Source of the DNA: Candidatus Micrarchaeaceae archaeon
GTDB lineage: Archaea > Micrarchaeota > Micrarchaeia > Micrarchaeales > CABMGC01
NCBI GenBank assembly: GCA_038877255.1
Contig: JAVYWZ010000017.1
Coordinates: 1-16,359, forward strand
Reading direction: 5' to 3'
DNA: 16,359 nt
Below, one piece after another: positions 16,069-16,359 of this stretch (position 1 is its first letter; the number at the start of each line of letters is the position of its first letter). Under the pieces are notes generated by a model. The model worked only from the letters and a program-made list of their open reading frames with translations. It was not told the origin of the DNA and did no database searches. The translations under genes and the position numbers were made by a program.

Positions 16069-16359
16069 TTAAACCCAGCCCCTGGCCTTCATTGCGTTTG
16101 CTACCCTTGTAACAGCAACTATGTATGCAGCTTCTCTTGCATTTATCTTCTTTCCTTTGCTTGCATATTCCTTTTGAGTGCTTATGACATCTCTGAACGA
16201 TTTTGTTATTATTGTGTCGAGCTTCTTGTATACTTCATCTGCGTCCCAATAGTAGCTTTCTATGTTCTGCACCCATTCAAAGTAAGACACTATAACGCCG
16301 CCTGAGTTTACGAGAAAGTCCGGCAGATCGAATACGTTGTTATTTGAAAGAATGCTGTC
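16069..16359 (-). CDS. gdhA: Glutamate dehydrogenase (Glu/Leu/Phe/Val dehydrogenase), 3' fragment running off the window
   Basis: PDFLVNSGGVIVSYFEWVQN and the C-terminal REAAYIVAVTRVANAMKARGWV. The frame is open to the window edge. Confidence 0.93.
   Translation of the reverse strand, partial: DSILSNNNVFDLPDFLVNSGGVIVSYFEWVQNIESYYWDADEVYKKLDTIITKSFRDVISTQKEYASKGKKINAREAAYIVAVTRVANAMKARGWV

Noticed and set aside
2512..16305. Other short overlapping ORFs in the track (e.g. 2770-3216, 7229-7744, 10616-10960, 12016-12663, 13622-13924, 16051-16305)
   Set aside because: Antisense or out-of-frame shadows of well-supported genes, with no motifs of their own.

Overview
Archaeal chromosomal DNA, most likely from a DPANN archaeon (Micrarchaeota-like). 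This is inferred from gene content, archaeal TATA/BRE promoters and GGTG/GGTGA Shine-Dalgarno sites. From about 2.2 kb to the end it is mostly housekeeping: a small zinc-ribbon protein missed by the ORF track, a ferritin-like/VIT1 iron transporter, an EamA transporter, a tandem Lrp/AsnC regulator, PCNA, MCM, a presenilin-type GxGD protease, a wHTH-grpE-dnaK-dnaJ operon, a secreted protein, a two-repeat hypothetical protein and the 3' end of glutamate dehydrogenase. The first ~1.8 kb is accessory. Between a HIT hydrolase gene and a GNAT gene lies a 1065-bp segment (681-1745) bounded by 20-bp imperfect terminal inverted repeats and 30-bp direct repeats. It encodes no recognisable transposase. 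It carries an orphan ORF, an 11-6-11 dif-like palindrome and an internal copy of its own left flank. Several genes appear to start at TTG, CTG or ATA.
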